Shown here: piece after piece, positions 1-8,012 of the stretch
Layout: every line of letters begins with the position of its first letter
Numbering within the stretch: position 1 is the first letter of the stretch
Assembly (NCBI GenBank): GCA_044070495.1
Contig: JBIPSI010000003.1
Span: 128,001 to 192,000, forward strand
Length of the DNA: 64,000 nt
Source of the DNA: Spirulina sp.
GTDB lineage: Bacteria; Cyanobacteriota; Cyanobacteriia; Phormidesmidales; Phormidesmidaceae
Reading direction: 5' to 3'
The notes under the pieces: model-generated
Told to the model about the DNA's origin: nothing
Seen by the model: only the letters and a program-made list of their open reading frames with translations
The model's database searches: none
Made by a program: the position numbers and the translations under genes

Positions 1-132
1 ACAAAGGCTTTTCGCGTAAGGGTGATACTCGATCATTGCTTTATAGATTTCGAGTGCCCTGGCCTGCTCCGGGTTATCCAGGTTGAAGCGTAGAGTCTCT
101 TGATGGACATTGCCGCCATTACGAGGGGCCAT
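1..132 (-). CDS. Partial small protein directly downstream of ParM; candidate ParR/StbB-like DNA-binding adaptor
   Basis: ATG at 132, 8 nt after the ParM stop. Open to the window edge: MAPRNGGNVHQETLRFNLDNPEQARALEIYKAMIEYHPYAKSLC. Not in the ORF track. Confidence 0.55.
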   Translation of the reverse strand, partial: MAPRNGGNVHQETLRFNLDNPEQARALEIYKAMIEYHPYAKSLC

Positions 133-140
133 GGCACCCC

Positions 141-1205
141 CTAACCCATCTGGGCCATCAGGACAGCATTGATCAACTGTGGCTCAATTCCAGGAAGCCG
201 GACAACTTGAAACCTACCGCCCGTCGCCTTCTCCAGCGGAGCCAATAGGCCACTCGCCCCACCAACGATATAGACCATACCGAGCTGCCCCCAGACCGAG
301 GCCCAGTTATCCTGCGTGAGCTGGTGCAGCAGATCCCGATTCCACTGCCGTACCACCTCTTCAACCAGTCCCGTGAAGTCATGGGCTTCGCCCGATTGCT
401 CGTAGATGTAGCGCCGATCCTCCGGCGCATTGCCTCCCTGGACACGAATAATGTCCAAGATGCTGGCCCGGTCAGGCGTATGGCCCCGAACCCGGTGGGC
501 AAACCCAGACGCAATCGCCCCCGCTAGTTCCTTCATAGCGGGGGCGACAAAGGACACCTGCCCCGACTTTCCGGCACTGCGAATGATGGTGCCCGACTTA
601 GACCATACCGAGCAGGTCAGGTCGCCCGTCCCGGCATCGATCACCCCGGTCAGGGGATAGCCGCTCAGCGATTGGGGCACCTGTCCCGTTTCCATCGCCC
701 AACTCCACACCGGGTATCCCTCCGTAACCAGTTCCACACTGGCCGTTGGCTGAAAGCGCTCGAAGCCACGCTGAAACAGTCGGGCATGGAAATCGGCAAC
801 GGCGTTGCCAATTTGACTCGCCACCTCCTGCCACTGCACTTTGCTGGAGTCGGGCACCAGCAGACGAACCGTAACGGCCCCCGACCGCACCCCGGCCAGC
901 GCTAGTGCCGCCGCCACCGCAATCGGAGTGTGTTCTACCTTGCCTGCCTCAAATAGTGATCTCCCGCCCAAATCACGGGCCAAATTACCAAACGCATAGG
1001 TCTCTCCCTGGAGGGTCACTAAGACCGACTCTGCATCAGGTCGAGCATCAGCAACCTCTAGCTCACTCAGCCGTTTCACAGACGCGATAAAGGAGACCTG
1101 CCCACCAGCCGTCGCCATCTTGAAATAGCCATTGCCAGCATCAACGCAGACCACCTCCGGCAACCGTACATCGCACTTTCGCTTTGCCCCCGCACTTGCT
1201 ACCAC
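141..1205 (-). CDS. parM: ParM/StbA-family actin-like plasmid segregation ATPase
   Basis: Actin-fold motifs VDAGNGYFK (phosphate 1), TEG (connect), IDAGTGD (phosphate 2), VGGAS (adenosine). Probable GTG start at 1205 after GGAGG (track start 1220). Confidence 0.85.
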   Translation of the reverse strand: MVASAGAKRKCDVRLPEVVCVDAGNGYFKMATAGGQVSFIASVKRLSELEVADARPDAESVLVTLQGETYAFGNLARDLGGRSLFEAGKVEHTPIAVAAALALAGVRSGAVTVRLLVPDSSKVQWQEVASQIGNAVADFHARLFQRGFERFQPTASVELVTEGYPVWSWAMETGQVPQSLSGYPLTGVIDAGTGDLTCSVWSKSGTIIRSAGKSGQVSFVAPAMKELAGAIASGFAHRVRGHTPDRASILDIIRVQGGNAPEDRRYIYEQSGEAHDFTGLVEEVVRQWNRDLLHQLTQDNWASVWGQLGMVYIVGGASGLLAPLEKATGGRFQVVRLPGIEPQLINAVLMAQMG

Positions 1206-1500
1206 AATCCACCTCCCCATTCAGATTGAGTCAAATCTGAGGCAGTTCGCCTCAAGTGCGACTAAACTAACACGATTAAATATAGTTGTCACGCATCAGG
1301 AATACGAATAACTGATGGTGATGATGAATTTGCTGAATGCAGCACTGGAACGGCCTACTGAGCCGTAAACTGCTGACTCGATCCGAGGTAAATCCGACGC
1401 ATAAAGCCAATGATTCGCTCGAAGTTGATCAACTTTGAGGCAGGTTGACTCTGGCCACAGCAATTCCCTCTATCTGCCTGCAATCTGCCTCGCTGTAGAG

Positions 1501-2070
1501 TCACTTTGCCTCAGGATGCGGGGACTTACCGCTGAGAATCTTAAAGTTCGGGTCGCCTACCACCAGTCCACAGGTTGCCATCGCGGAGATGGCTTCTCTG
1601 GCCCAGTCGATTTGCTGGGAGGGGCGGAGGGTCAGTGGTTGCGCCAGACCGTACAGAATCTTTTTGACGTTGAGATCGCGACGGGGCTGAAGTCCTTGGA
1701 GGTCTGCGGTAGCCACAAACAGCACATCATAGGAGTACAGCCCGTCAGCATCAGGCCAGTGACTCGCTAGGGCAATCGTAATTTGGTGGGTATGCCGATT
1801 ACCCTGGTTTGCCATCCCATCTAAGTGATCAATCAGGACATGGCAATCGGGTGCAGTGCAGGCTCCTGTTCTGATCGGCATCCAGATGGCCGTCCCTACA
1901 TCCCTAGGGCAGTGTTCAGGATTGCGACGAACGGATAGCAAAAGACCTGCTCCAGGGACGTGGTGGGCGGTGATTAACTCGTAGGGTCGTCGAGAAACTT
2001 TACCCTCACGCCACCAGACCAGCGCGTTCAGCCACTCTGCGATCGCCGTTAGGATTCTGTTAAGACGCAT
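1501..2070 (-). CDS. Hypothetical protein (189 aa), element-borne orphan
   Basis: ATG-started ORF filling the gap, co-oriented with parM; no recognisable motif. Confidence 0.6.
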   Translation of the reverse strand: MRLNRILTAIAEWLNALVWWREGKVSRRPYELITAHHVPGAGLLLSVRRNPEHCPRDVGTAIWMPIRTGACTAPDCHVLIDHLDGMANQGNRHTHQITIALASHWPDADGLYSYDVLFVATADLQGLQPRRDLNVKKILYGLAQPLTLRPSQQIDWAREAISAMATCGLVVGDPNFKILSGKSPHPEAK

Positions 2071-2171
2071 GTATTGTTATCCCGGACTAGGGATACTGTA
2101 TTTTACAGGCGTACTTCGGGACGGAATTTATTGGAACCCTGGAGCCAGAGGCAAGGCAGCGAGGTAGCACG

Positions 2172-2531
2172 GTGGCAGATGAGCAGAGCCTACAAGAGCA
2201 GATCGAGGTCTTGCATCAAGAGATCATCGTTCTTCGAGATCGGTTGGAGGATCTGGAGCACGGCGTTAAGTCAATTCCGTTCATTATTCCAACTCGGAAA
2301 AGAACTAAGGTCTGGGCCTTTTTGGCTTCAGTGCTAACTACGGCGGCGCTGGTTTTTGCCCTTTCTCCGCACCAGATTCAGGTTGGGAACTGGAGGTATG
2401 ACTCACCGGGCATCAAGCTCGATGTAATCACCAGCGTGGCCGCACTGATCGGTGTATGGGCAACGATTCGGGAACACTTGAGGGATAAGCATGACTATCG
2501 AACCCACGGCGGCGGCTCCAAGCATGGCTGA
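2172..2531 (+). CDS. Small membrane protein with N-terminal coiled coil and two hydrophobic segments
   Basis: GAGG upstream of GTG; heptad LQEQIEVLHQEIIVLRDRLEDLE; hydrophobic VWAFLASVLTTAALVFAL and VITSVAALIGVWA. Confidence 0.7.
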   Translation: MADEQSLQEQIEVLHQEIIVLRDRLEDLEHGVKSIPFIIPTRKRTKVWAFLASVLTTAALVFALSPHQIQVGNWRYDSPGIKLDVITSVAALIGVWATIREHLRDKHDYRTHGGGSKHG

Positions 2532-4113
2532 GCTGTTAACCCTACTGGAGCAAACAGCGGGGCTGCGACTTTTTATCAAAAACACCGAGGGCCAAATTCT
2601 GTGGGCCAATACAGGCGCGGTCAGCGACCTAGATGACGGAAGCCATATCCATGGCCCAGCTAGCCTCGACAGTGCGCTGGCATCGGACATCGATCAGCGG
2701 GGGGATGAGTTAGCCCTTCAGCGTGGACACAGCCAGGGGATTGAACCGTTGGGTGATCGCTTTATCCAAATCTGGAAGACCCGGATCGAGCGAGAGGGAC
2801 AAACCTATATTTTGGGTGGCTACCTCGACTGCACCGAGCGGGTGCTGAGTGAAGAGCGAGAGCTACGCCGCCTGGAGTACGAAGCCACCCACGACAGTCT
2901 CACCGGGCTGTTGAACCGAGGCTCCTTTTACATGCTCCTAGAGTCGGCCTGCCAACAACGTCGTCCAAAGCTGGCGCTGCTCTATCTCGACCTGAATGGT
3001 TTTAAGCGAATCAACGATATCCAGGGCCACCTAGAGGGAGATCGGCTCCTGCGGGTCGTCGCGAACCACCTTACGGCCTCCGTTCGGAGCGGGGATGCCG
3101 TGGCTCGTATGGGCGGTGACGAATTTACCGTGCTGCTACCGGGAGCCTCATCGGTTGAAGCCATGGTTGTCGCGGATCGCATTAGTAAACTCATGCCGAA
3201 GGACGGTCTCACCACGGCGATGGGAATTGCGGCATGGGAGAAGGGCGATACCCCAGACGCCATTGTGGGGCGAGCTGACGAGCTAATGTTCCTCGCCAAG
3301 CGCGATGGGGTACCGTGCCGCACCTCAAGCACTTGTACAACATCCATTGACTTAGTACAGGCACTCGACCAAGCGCTGGAACAGGGTGAGATCGTTCCCT
3401 ACTTCCAGCCGATTGCGGCCAGCCGAAATCGCCGAATCATTGGCTATGAATTGCTAGCCCGCTGGGTGCGTCCTGGGGGGCAGGTGGTGTCCCCCGCTGA
3501 GTTTATGCCGATCCTGGCGGAGGCCCGCTGGATGTCGCGACTAGACTGGTTGATGTTGCGGGCCGGAATGAGGGCGCTGGAGCACTTTTCCGACCAGTGG
3601 CTCTCGATCAACATCTCTGAAGAAACGCTGTTCGATGCCGAGTTCAGTAATCGGCTGGCCAGGGAGCTAGAGTCCCACTTTGCCTCCACAGAATTTCTGC
3701 GCCTGGAAATCTCCGAGTCCATCGCAATTAGCGTGCAGCCCCTGCTCGAAGGGAGAGATGCGATTACTCAACTCAAAAACCTGGCCAGTGCCGATGTAGA
3801 CATTGGCCTCCTGGTGGATGATTATGGCAGCGCCTACGCTCACCTCCTGGCTATTATGCGCCTCTGTGAGGAAGTTCCCAACGTGCGGGCCATCAAGCTG
3901 GTGGGTGATCTGGTGCGAAACATTGACAACACCCCCGCCAAAATCACGATCTGCCGAAACGCGATTGAACTGGCCCACGGCCTGGGCCTGGAAACCATCG
4001 CCGAGGGCGTTGAGACAGAGGCGGAGCTAATGACCTTACGAGGGCTACACTGCGATTCCGTACAGGGATACTACTTGGGTGTCCCTCTCGCCATGGATGA
4101 ATACCTGCCCTGA
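2491..4113 (+). CDS. PAS-like + GGDEF + EAL diguanylate cyclase/phosphodiesterase
   Basis: HDSLTGLLNR, RSGD I-site, GGDEF; EAL domain FQPI, YELLARW, LEISE, DDYG, EGVET, QGYY. Confidence 0.93.
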   Translation: MTIEPTAAAPSMAELLTLLEQTAGLRLFIKNTEGQILWANTGAVSDLDDGSHIHGPASLDSALASDIDQRGDELALQRGHSQGIEPLGDRFIQIWKTRIEREGQTYILGGYLDCTERVLSEERELRRLEYEATHDSLTGLLNRGSFYMLLESACQQRRPKLALLYLDLNGFKRINDIQGHLEGDRLLRVVANHLTASVRSGDAVARMGGDEFTVLLPGASSVEAMVVADRISKLMPKDGLTTAMGIAAWEKGDTPDAIVGRADELMFLAKRDGVPCRTSSTCTTSIDLVQALDQALEQGEIVPYFQPIAASRNRRIIGYELLARWVRPGGQVVSPAEFMPILAEARWMSRLDWLMLRAGMRALEHFSDQWLSINISEETLFDAEFSNRLARELESHFASTEFLRLEISESIAISVQPLLEGRDAITQLKNLASADVDIGLLVDDYGSAYAHLLAIMRLCEEVPNVRAIKLVGDLVRNIDNTPAKITICRNAIELAHGLGLETIAEGVETEAELMTLRGLHCDSVQGYYLGVPLAMDEYLP

Positions 4114-4133
4114 CGACTTTTTCTGCGTATTCA

Positions 4134-4154
4134 TTTTGGGGGCAATTTGGGGAA
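4134..4154. other. Possible integrase arm-type binding sites (TTTGGGG direct repeat)
   Basis: TTTTGGGGGCAATTTGGGGAA about 55 bp inside the att site, a typical position for tyrosine-integrase arm sites. Confidence 0.35.
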
Positions 4155-4206
4155 CGATTCACACCAAGATCGCCAAAATCCTTTTATATCAATACTCTTA
4201 GTCAAG

Positions 4207-4259
4207 AAGGCAGCCGCCTTCTAAGCGGTCGGTCGCTGGTTCGATCCCAGCATGGCCCG
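4207..4259 (+). pseudogene. 3' fragment of tRNA-Arg(TCT) = attR attachment site
   Basis: Anticodon arm GCCGC-CTTCTAA-GCGGT, T arm GCTGG-TTCGATC-CCAGC, acceptor 3' strand ATGGCCC-G; no complementary 5' acceptor strand upstream. Confidence 0.88.
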
Positions 4260-4310
4260 TTACCAGCGTAACCCTTACGCAGAGACACTTTTAACTTAGA
4301 TCCCTGCTTT

Positions 4311-4345
4311 CAGATCCCCGGTTTCTCGCAGAAACCGGGGATCTG
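4311..4345. repeat. Perfect 16-bp-arm palindrome (short dispersed repeat, likely terminator)
   Basis: CAGATCCCCGGTTTCT-CGC-AGAAACCGGGGATCTG between the att site and the mpg stop. Confidence 0.8.
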
Positions 4346-4358
4346 GCCGTGGACAAGC

Positions 4359-5000
4359 TCACCCAGAACCAGCGCGTTTAGACACGGCGGCGGAGTCCTC
4401 GACGTACCAGCGCCAGGGTAATTCCGTGCCCTGGGTGAGGCCGATGCGGGTGGTTTGGATGCGGTTGTCGGAAGGGGCGACTCTCTGCCGCCATTGGGGA
4501 GTGGGCGGGGCCAGCCATAGGCCGCTGTCGGGAATCAAGGGCTGCTCGGTGAGGCGACGGTCGATCTCTAAAAGCTGGCAGGTTTTGCCGGGGCCAGCCC
4601 CCCAGCGGGTGGGTGTTTCCTGGCGCTTGCCGGGACGCTTTTCTTGACGTTCCTGGACTAGCCAGGGGGGAACGGTCTCCAGTTCTACCGCTCGAATCAG
4701 TACCGCACTGGGGATACGGTCTTGGTCGGTGACCACGTTAAAGCAGTGGTAGATGCCGTAGATTAGGTACACATAGCTGTAGCCCGCGGGGCCGAACATC
4801 ACCCGATTGCGTGGGGTTTCGCGACGGTAGGCATGGCAAGCCGGGTCGCCCTCCGTGTAGGCCTCGGTTTCCACAATCACCGCCTCTAGGTGGCGGCCAT
4901 CGGGCCACCGCCGCACCAGCCGACAGCCCAACAAATCCGGGGCCACCTCCAACGCTGGCCGACTCAGCCAATCGGGAGCAATCACCCCATCGCCCTGCAT
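4359..5000 (-). CDS. mpg: DNA-3-methyladenine glycosylase (MPG family)
   Basis: IVETEAY, DPACHA, YVYLIYG, AVLIRA, GPGK, TRIG, PWRW motifs. Confidence 0.93.
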   Translation of the reverse strand: MQGDGVIAPDWLSRPALEVAPDLLGCRLVRRWPDGRHLEAVIVETEAYTEGDPACHAYRRETPRNRVMFGPAGYSYVYLIYGIYHCFNVVTDQDRIPSAVLIRAVELETVPPWLVQERQEKRPGKRQETPTRWGAGPGKTCQLLEIDRRLTEQPLIPDSGLWLAPPTPQWRQRVAPSDNRIQTTRIGLTQGTELPWRWYVEDSAAVSKRAGSG

Positions 5001-5008
5001 CGTGGTGC

Positions 5009-7081
5009 CTAGCCCTGGAACCATTCGTCCTGGGCTTCTTCCTTGGTGTTGGTGCGGCGGTCGGGGGTTTGCCGATCAAAGGTCATGTGGATGGAACGGT
5101 TTTGTTCGCCATCAGCCGCCACAGCCATGATCGGGTAGTCGATGGTGCCGTCTGGGAAGCTAGTGTGGAATCGGAAGGTGCCCTCAGGACTCAACTGAAT
5201 AGGCTGTCCGGCGATGGTGACGGTGGCGTCGGGTTCGGTAGCTCCGTAGACGATCAGCTCGGCATCGGCCACCAGCCAGAATTTGCGGGGCCGGGCCGGG
5301 GGCATGGAGGCCGAGAAACCCACCCCAGACATGGTGAGGCCCGAAATGCCGGACATCGTCAGGCCAGAGACAGTCATGCCTGACATCCCAACGCCCGACA
5401 TCCCCACCCCAGACATCGTCACGCCCATGCCGACCCCAGACATCATGCCCATCCCAGACATCGTGGGCACCGCGCCCCCTGGCCCCGGCATTCCCTGCAA
5501 TAGCCCCGCCCCGGAGGCTCCCCAGGCGTAGGAACTCTCGGCGGCTTGGTAGGGAGCCATCGATCCGGCCACATGCGGTATCGAACCTGGCACCTGCTGA
5601 ATCGATCCGGCCACATGGGACACAGAACCCGGTACGTGGGGCACTGATCCAGGGACGTGCTGCATGGATCCATAGAGGGAGCCATCGACACGATCCGCTT
5701 CTCCGGCCTGGGAAATGGCGTACATTTGCTCGTGCAGGCTACGGGATTTTTGGTTGGGATCCACCAAGGTCATCAGGGTTTTGCCCCGCAGGTCTGCCTC
5801 CCAGGTCACCGTTTTGAAGTGGTCTTCGCTCCAGTCGGAGGGGTAGATGGGGGGAATGCGGATAGTGTTGGATCGGGCCAGCAGCAGCCAGCGGCCATCC
5901 CCTGTGAGATAGCCAATTTCGGCCTGGTAATCGCGGTCGCTGACGGGAATTTGCAGGTACCAATCCCGCGCTAGTTCGTCACAGTCGCACTGCTGCATTC
6001 CGTGGGGAGCTTGGTAGGTGCGATCAATATCGGTAACATCGTAGAGTCGCAGGGCCAGCCGCTCGCCCCCCTGGCGACGCAGGTCTTCCTTGTGGGTGTG
6101 GGGGATATCCCAATAGACGTAGGCCCACTGGGGATCACGGGGCATCAGCACCATACGGCTCTCGCCATAGCCATCGGGCAAGGGTGGCAGGCCATCGTCA
6201 ATGCTGGAGAGGTCGATATCGCCATCGGTGGGTTGGCCCACCACATCAAATTTTCTGGCCTCAATGTCGGTCTGATCTTCGGTGCTAGCCATCGCTGCCG
6301 CTGCTCCTGCGGCCAATCCCACCATCCCCGTCGCCATCGCCATTACCGGAACGGCACTGGGCTGAGGAATGGGGGGCTCTTCTAGGGCTGTCGGTGGCTC
6401 AGGGGTTTCAATGGCAGGTGGGACTTCCTCGACCACAACAGGTTCCTGTATTTCAGAAACCACGGGTTCAGGAATATCAGTCGCACCAGGTTCAGGAATC
6501 TCAGAAATCACAGGTTCAGGAATATCCGAGACCACGGACTCAGCCACCGCAGGGGCCGAATCCAGCCAGGGATCGGTTTCTAACGGTGAGGCGGAGATAG
6601 ATTCTGCGGCTACCGGCGGCGGCGTTACCGCTGAAGGCTCGGTGACTACGGGGTTTGGGGTGGCATTTGCCAGCGAGGAAGGGGATGCGGTTTGGGGTGC
6701 CTCAGGGGCGGGCGCGGGGGGAGCCGCCGCTAATTCCTCTGGAGCCGAAACCTCTGATGCCGTAGATGATGCCGTGGATCCTCGGCGGCTAGCGGCCCAG
6801 CCCAGGGCACCTACCCCAGCGGCAATGGGCAACAGCCACCACCAGGCAAATCCGCCACCTTGGGCGGCAGGCGGGGCGGTGGGGGGAGTCGTCTGCTGCG
6901 CTAGGAGGACTTCCTCGGCAGGCTGGGAAGCAGGAGCCGCTGGCACGTCGTCGGGCACCGGAAACGTCGTTGATGTTTGGGCCACTGGGGCAGACAACGG
7001 CAAGGCTAGAGCCTTCAAGCCAGTTTGCGCCGTACCGAGGAGCAACAGCGCAGCAACGAGGGTTCTGGAGAAATACGGCAT
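5009..7081 (-). CDS. DUF4912-domain protein with signal peptide, TM segment and acidic Pro-rich linker
   Basis: GYGESR(M)VLMPRDPQWAYVYWD, CDELARDWY, RKFWLVADAELIVYGATEPDA; MSG repeats. Confidence 0.88.
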   Translation of the reverse strand: MPYFSRTLVAALLLLGTAQTGLKALALPLSAPVAQTSTTFPVPDDVPAAPASQPAEEVLLAQQTTPPTAPPAAQGGGFAWWWLLPIAAGVGALGWAASRRGSTASSTASEVSAPEELAAAPPAPAPEAPQTASPSSLANATPNPVVTEPSAVTPPPVAAESISASPLETDPWLDSAPAVAESVVSDIPEPVISEIPEPGATDIPEPVVSEIQEPVVVEEVPPAIETPEPPTALEEPPIPQPSAVPVMAMATGMVGLAAGAAAAMASTEDQTDIEARKFDVVGQPTDGDIDLSSIDDGLPPLPDGYGESRMVLMPRDPQWAYVYWDIPHTHKEDLRRQGGERLALRLYDVTDIDRTYQAPHGMQQCDCDELARDWYLQIPVSDRDYQAEIGYLTGDGRWLLLARSNTIRIPPIYPSDWSEDHFKTVTWEADLRGKTLMTLVDPNQKSRSLHEQMYAISQAGEADRVDGSLYGSMQHVPGSVPHVPGSVSHVAGSIQQVPGSIPHVAGSMAPYQAAESSYAWGASGAGLLQGMPGPGGAVPTMSGMGMMSGVGMGVTMSGVGMSGVGMSGMTVSGLTMSGISGLTMSGVGFSASMPPARPRKFWLVADAELIVYGATEPDATVTIAGQPIQLSPEGTFRFHTSFPDGTIDYPIMAVAADGEQNRSIHMTFDRQTPDRRTNTKEEAQDEWFQG

Positions 7082-7216
7082 CGTGACGAGGGAATCAAAG
7101 GGACTCTAACGGCGGCAGTCGTCGTGTCAGGGTAAGCCCAGCCCAGGCAACGGATCCAGAGACACCGATCCAGGGCCAGCATCTAGGGTTCCATCGGGCT
7201 ATGCGGCCCCTAACTC

Positions 7217-7253
7217 GAGCGTAATTCTAGGCTCAGACCCAAGAATTACGCTC
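7217..7253. repeat. Inverted repeat upstream of the DUF4912 gene
   Basis: GAGCGTAATTCT-13 nt-AGAATTACGCTC. Confidence 0.6.
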
Positions 7254-7371
7254 AACTATCGCAGTATTCGTCAGGGGAGTCAATGGGATCTCCTCTCAGG
7301 CGAACCTAGGGCGAAAAACTGGCTAAAAACCCGTTATTCTATGGGTTCTGCCCGCCTAAGGAAATCGAGTG

Positions 7372-7656
7372 CTAGCCCCGGAACCCCCCGGTAAATTCCG
7401 TGTCGAGGTAAATCTCAGCCCGCCATACCCGTTCTTGCAGTTGCCGAAACAGCGCACACTTGGCCGCACTGTAGGCTTGGCCCTTGACCATGGCCGCCAG
7501 AATGGCCTCCGCATCCCAACGGGCCAGATAGCCATCGGCGGTTGCCTGGTCAATCAAGCGCTGGAAGGCCCATAGGTCGCCATAGTCGCTGCCATGGCTA
7601 GCTTCGGTGTTAGGGGGTAGGTTTCCGGGCGGTGCGTTGGTCATCCTCGTCACCAT
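7372..7656 (-). CDS. Conserved cyanobacterial hypothetical protein
   Basis: Helical 94 aa ORF with an IDQATADG..L pattern like small cyanobacterial proteins. Confidence 0.65.
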   Translation of the reverse strand: MVTRMTNAPPGNLPPNTEASHGSDYGDLWAFQRLIDQATADGYLARWDAEAILAAMVKGQAYSAAKCALFRQLQERVWRAEIYLDTEFTGGFRG

Positions 7657-8012
7657 AGGACGTTTTCTCTAGGGTTCAGGGCCATTAATCGGGAATGGCT
7701 ATTTAATTAAACGTCACGTCCACCGTCGCGGTTGTTTAATGGGCTACCCACCGTCGCCGCCCCACGCCAAAAGCCTCTCTACGCCTAGGTATACCTCGAA
7801 TTCTAAAGGGGGGAGGTTTTAGCCCAGGGCGATAATCCCAATCGGATGGCGGGGAACCCTGGCCTGGGGATGAGTGATTAGGGCCTAGGGGGGGCATACT
7901 CAATAGTAAGCAGTTCTTCCCAGAGGGCTGCGCCCATCCAGACCTCCTCCAATCGTCGAGAGGATCTGTGATTTCCCTTGCTTCGTCCCGTTTGATGGGG
8001 GTTCCTTACGCC

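Larger units (their letters stand above)
1..4259. mobile_element. Right end of an integrated element (prophage/ICE/phage-plasmid) inserted at tRNA-Arg(TCT); left part outside window
   Basis: Ends in an orphan tRNA 3' fragment. Contains a ParM-like partition gene and orphan ORFs. Ordinary cyanobacterial housekeeping genes begin right after 4260. Confidence 0.8.

Noticed and set aside
4185..4259. Complete tRNA-Arg gene
   Set aside because: Upstream sequence cannot pair with the ATGGCCC acceptor strand and the D-loop GG is missing
6369..7109. Long antisense ORFs (also 33914-34750, 38067-38858, 56987-57769, 62912-63616)
   Set aside because: Shadow or alternate frames of well-supported GC-rich genes
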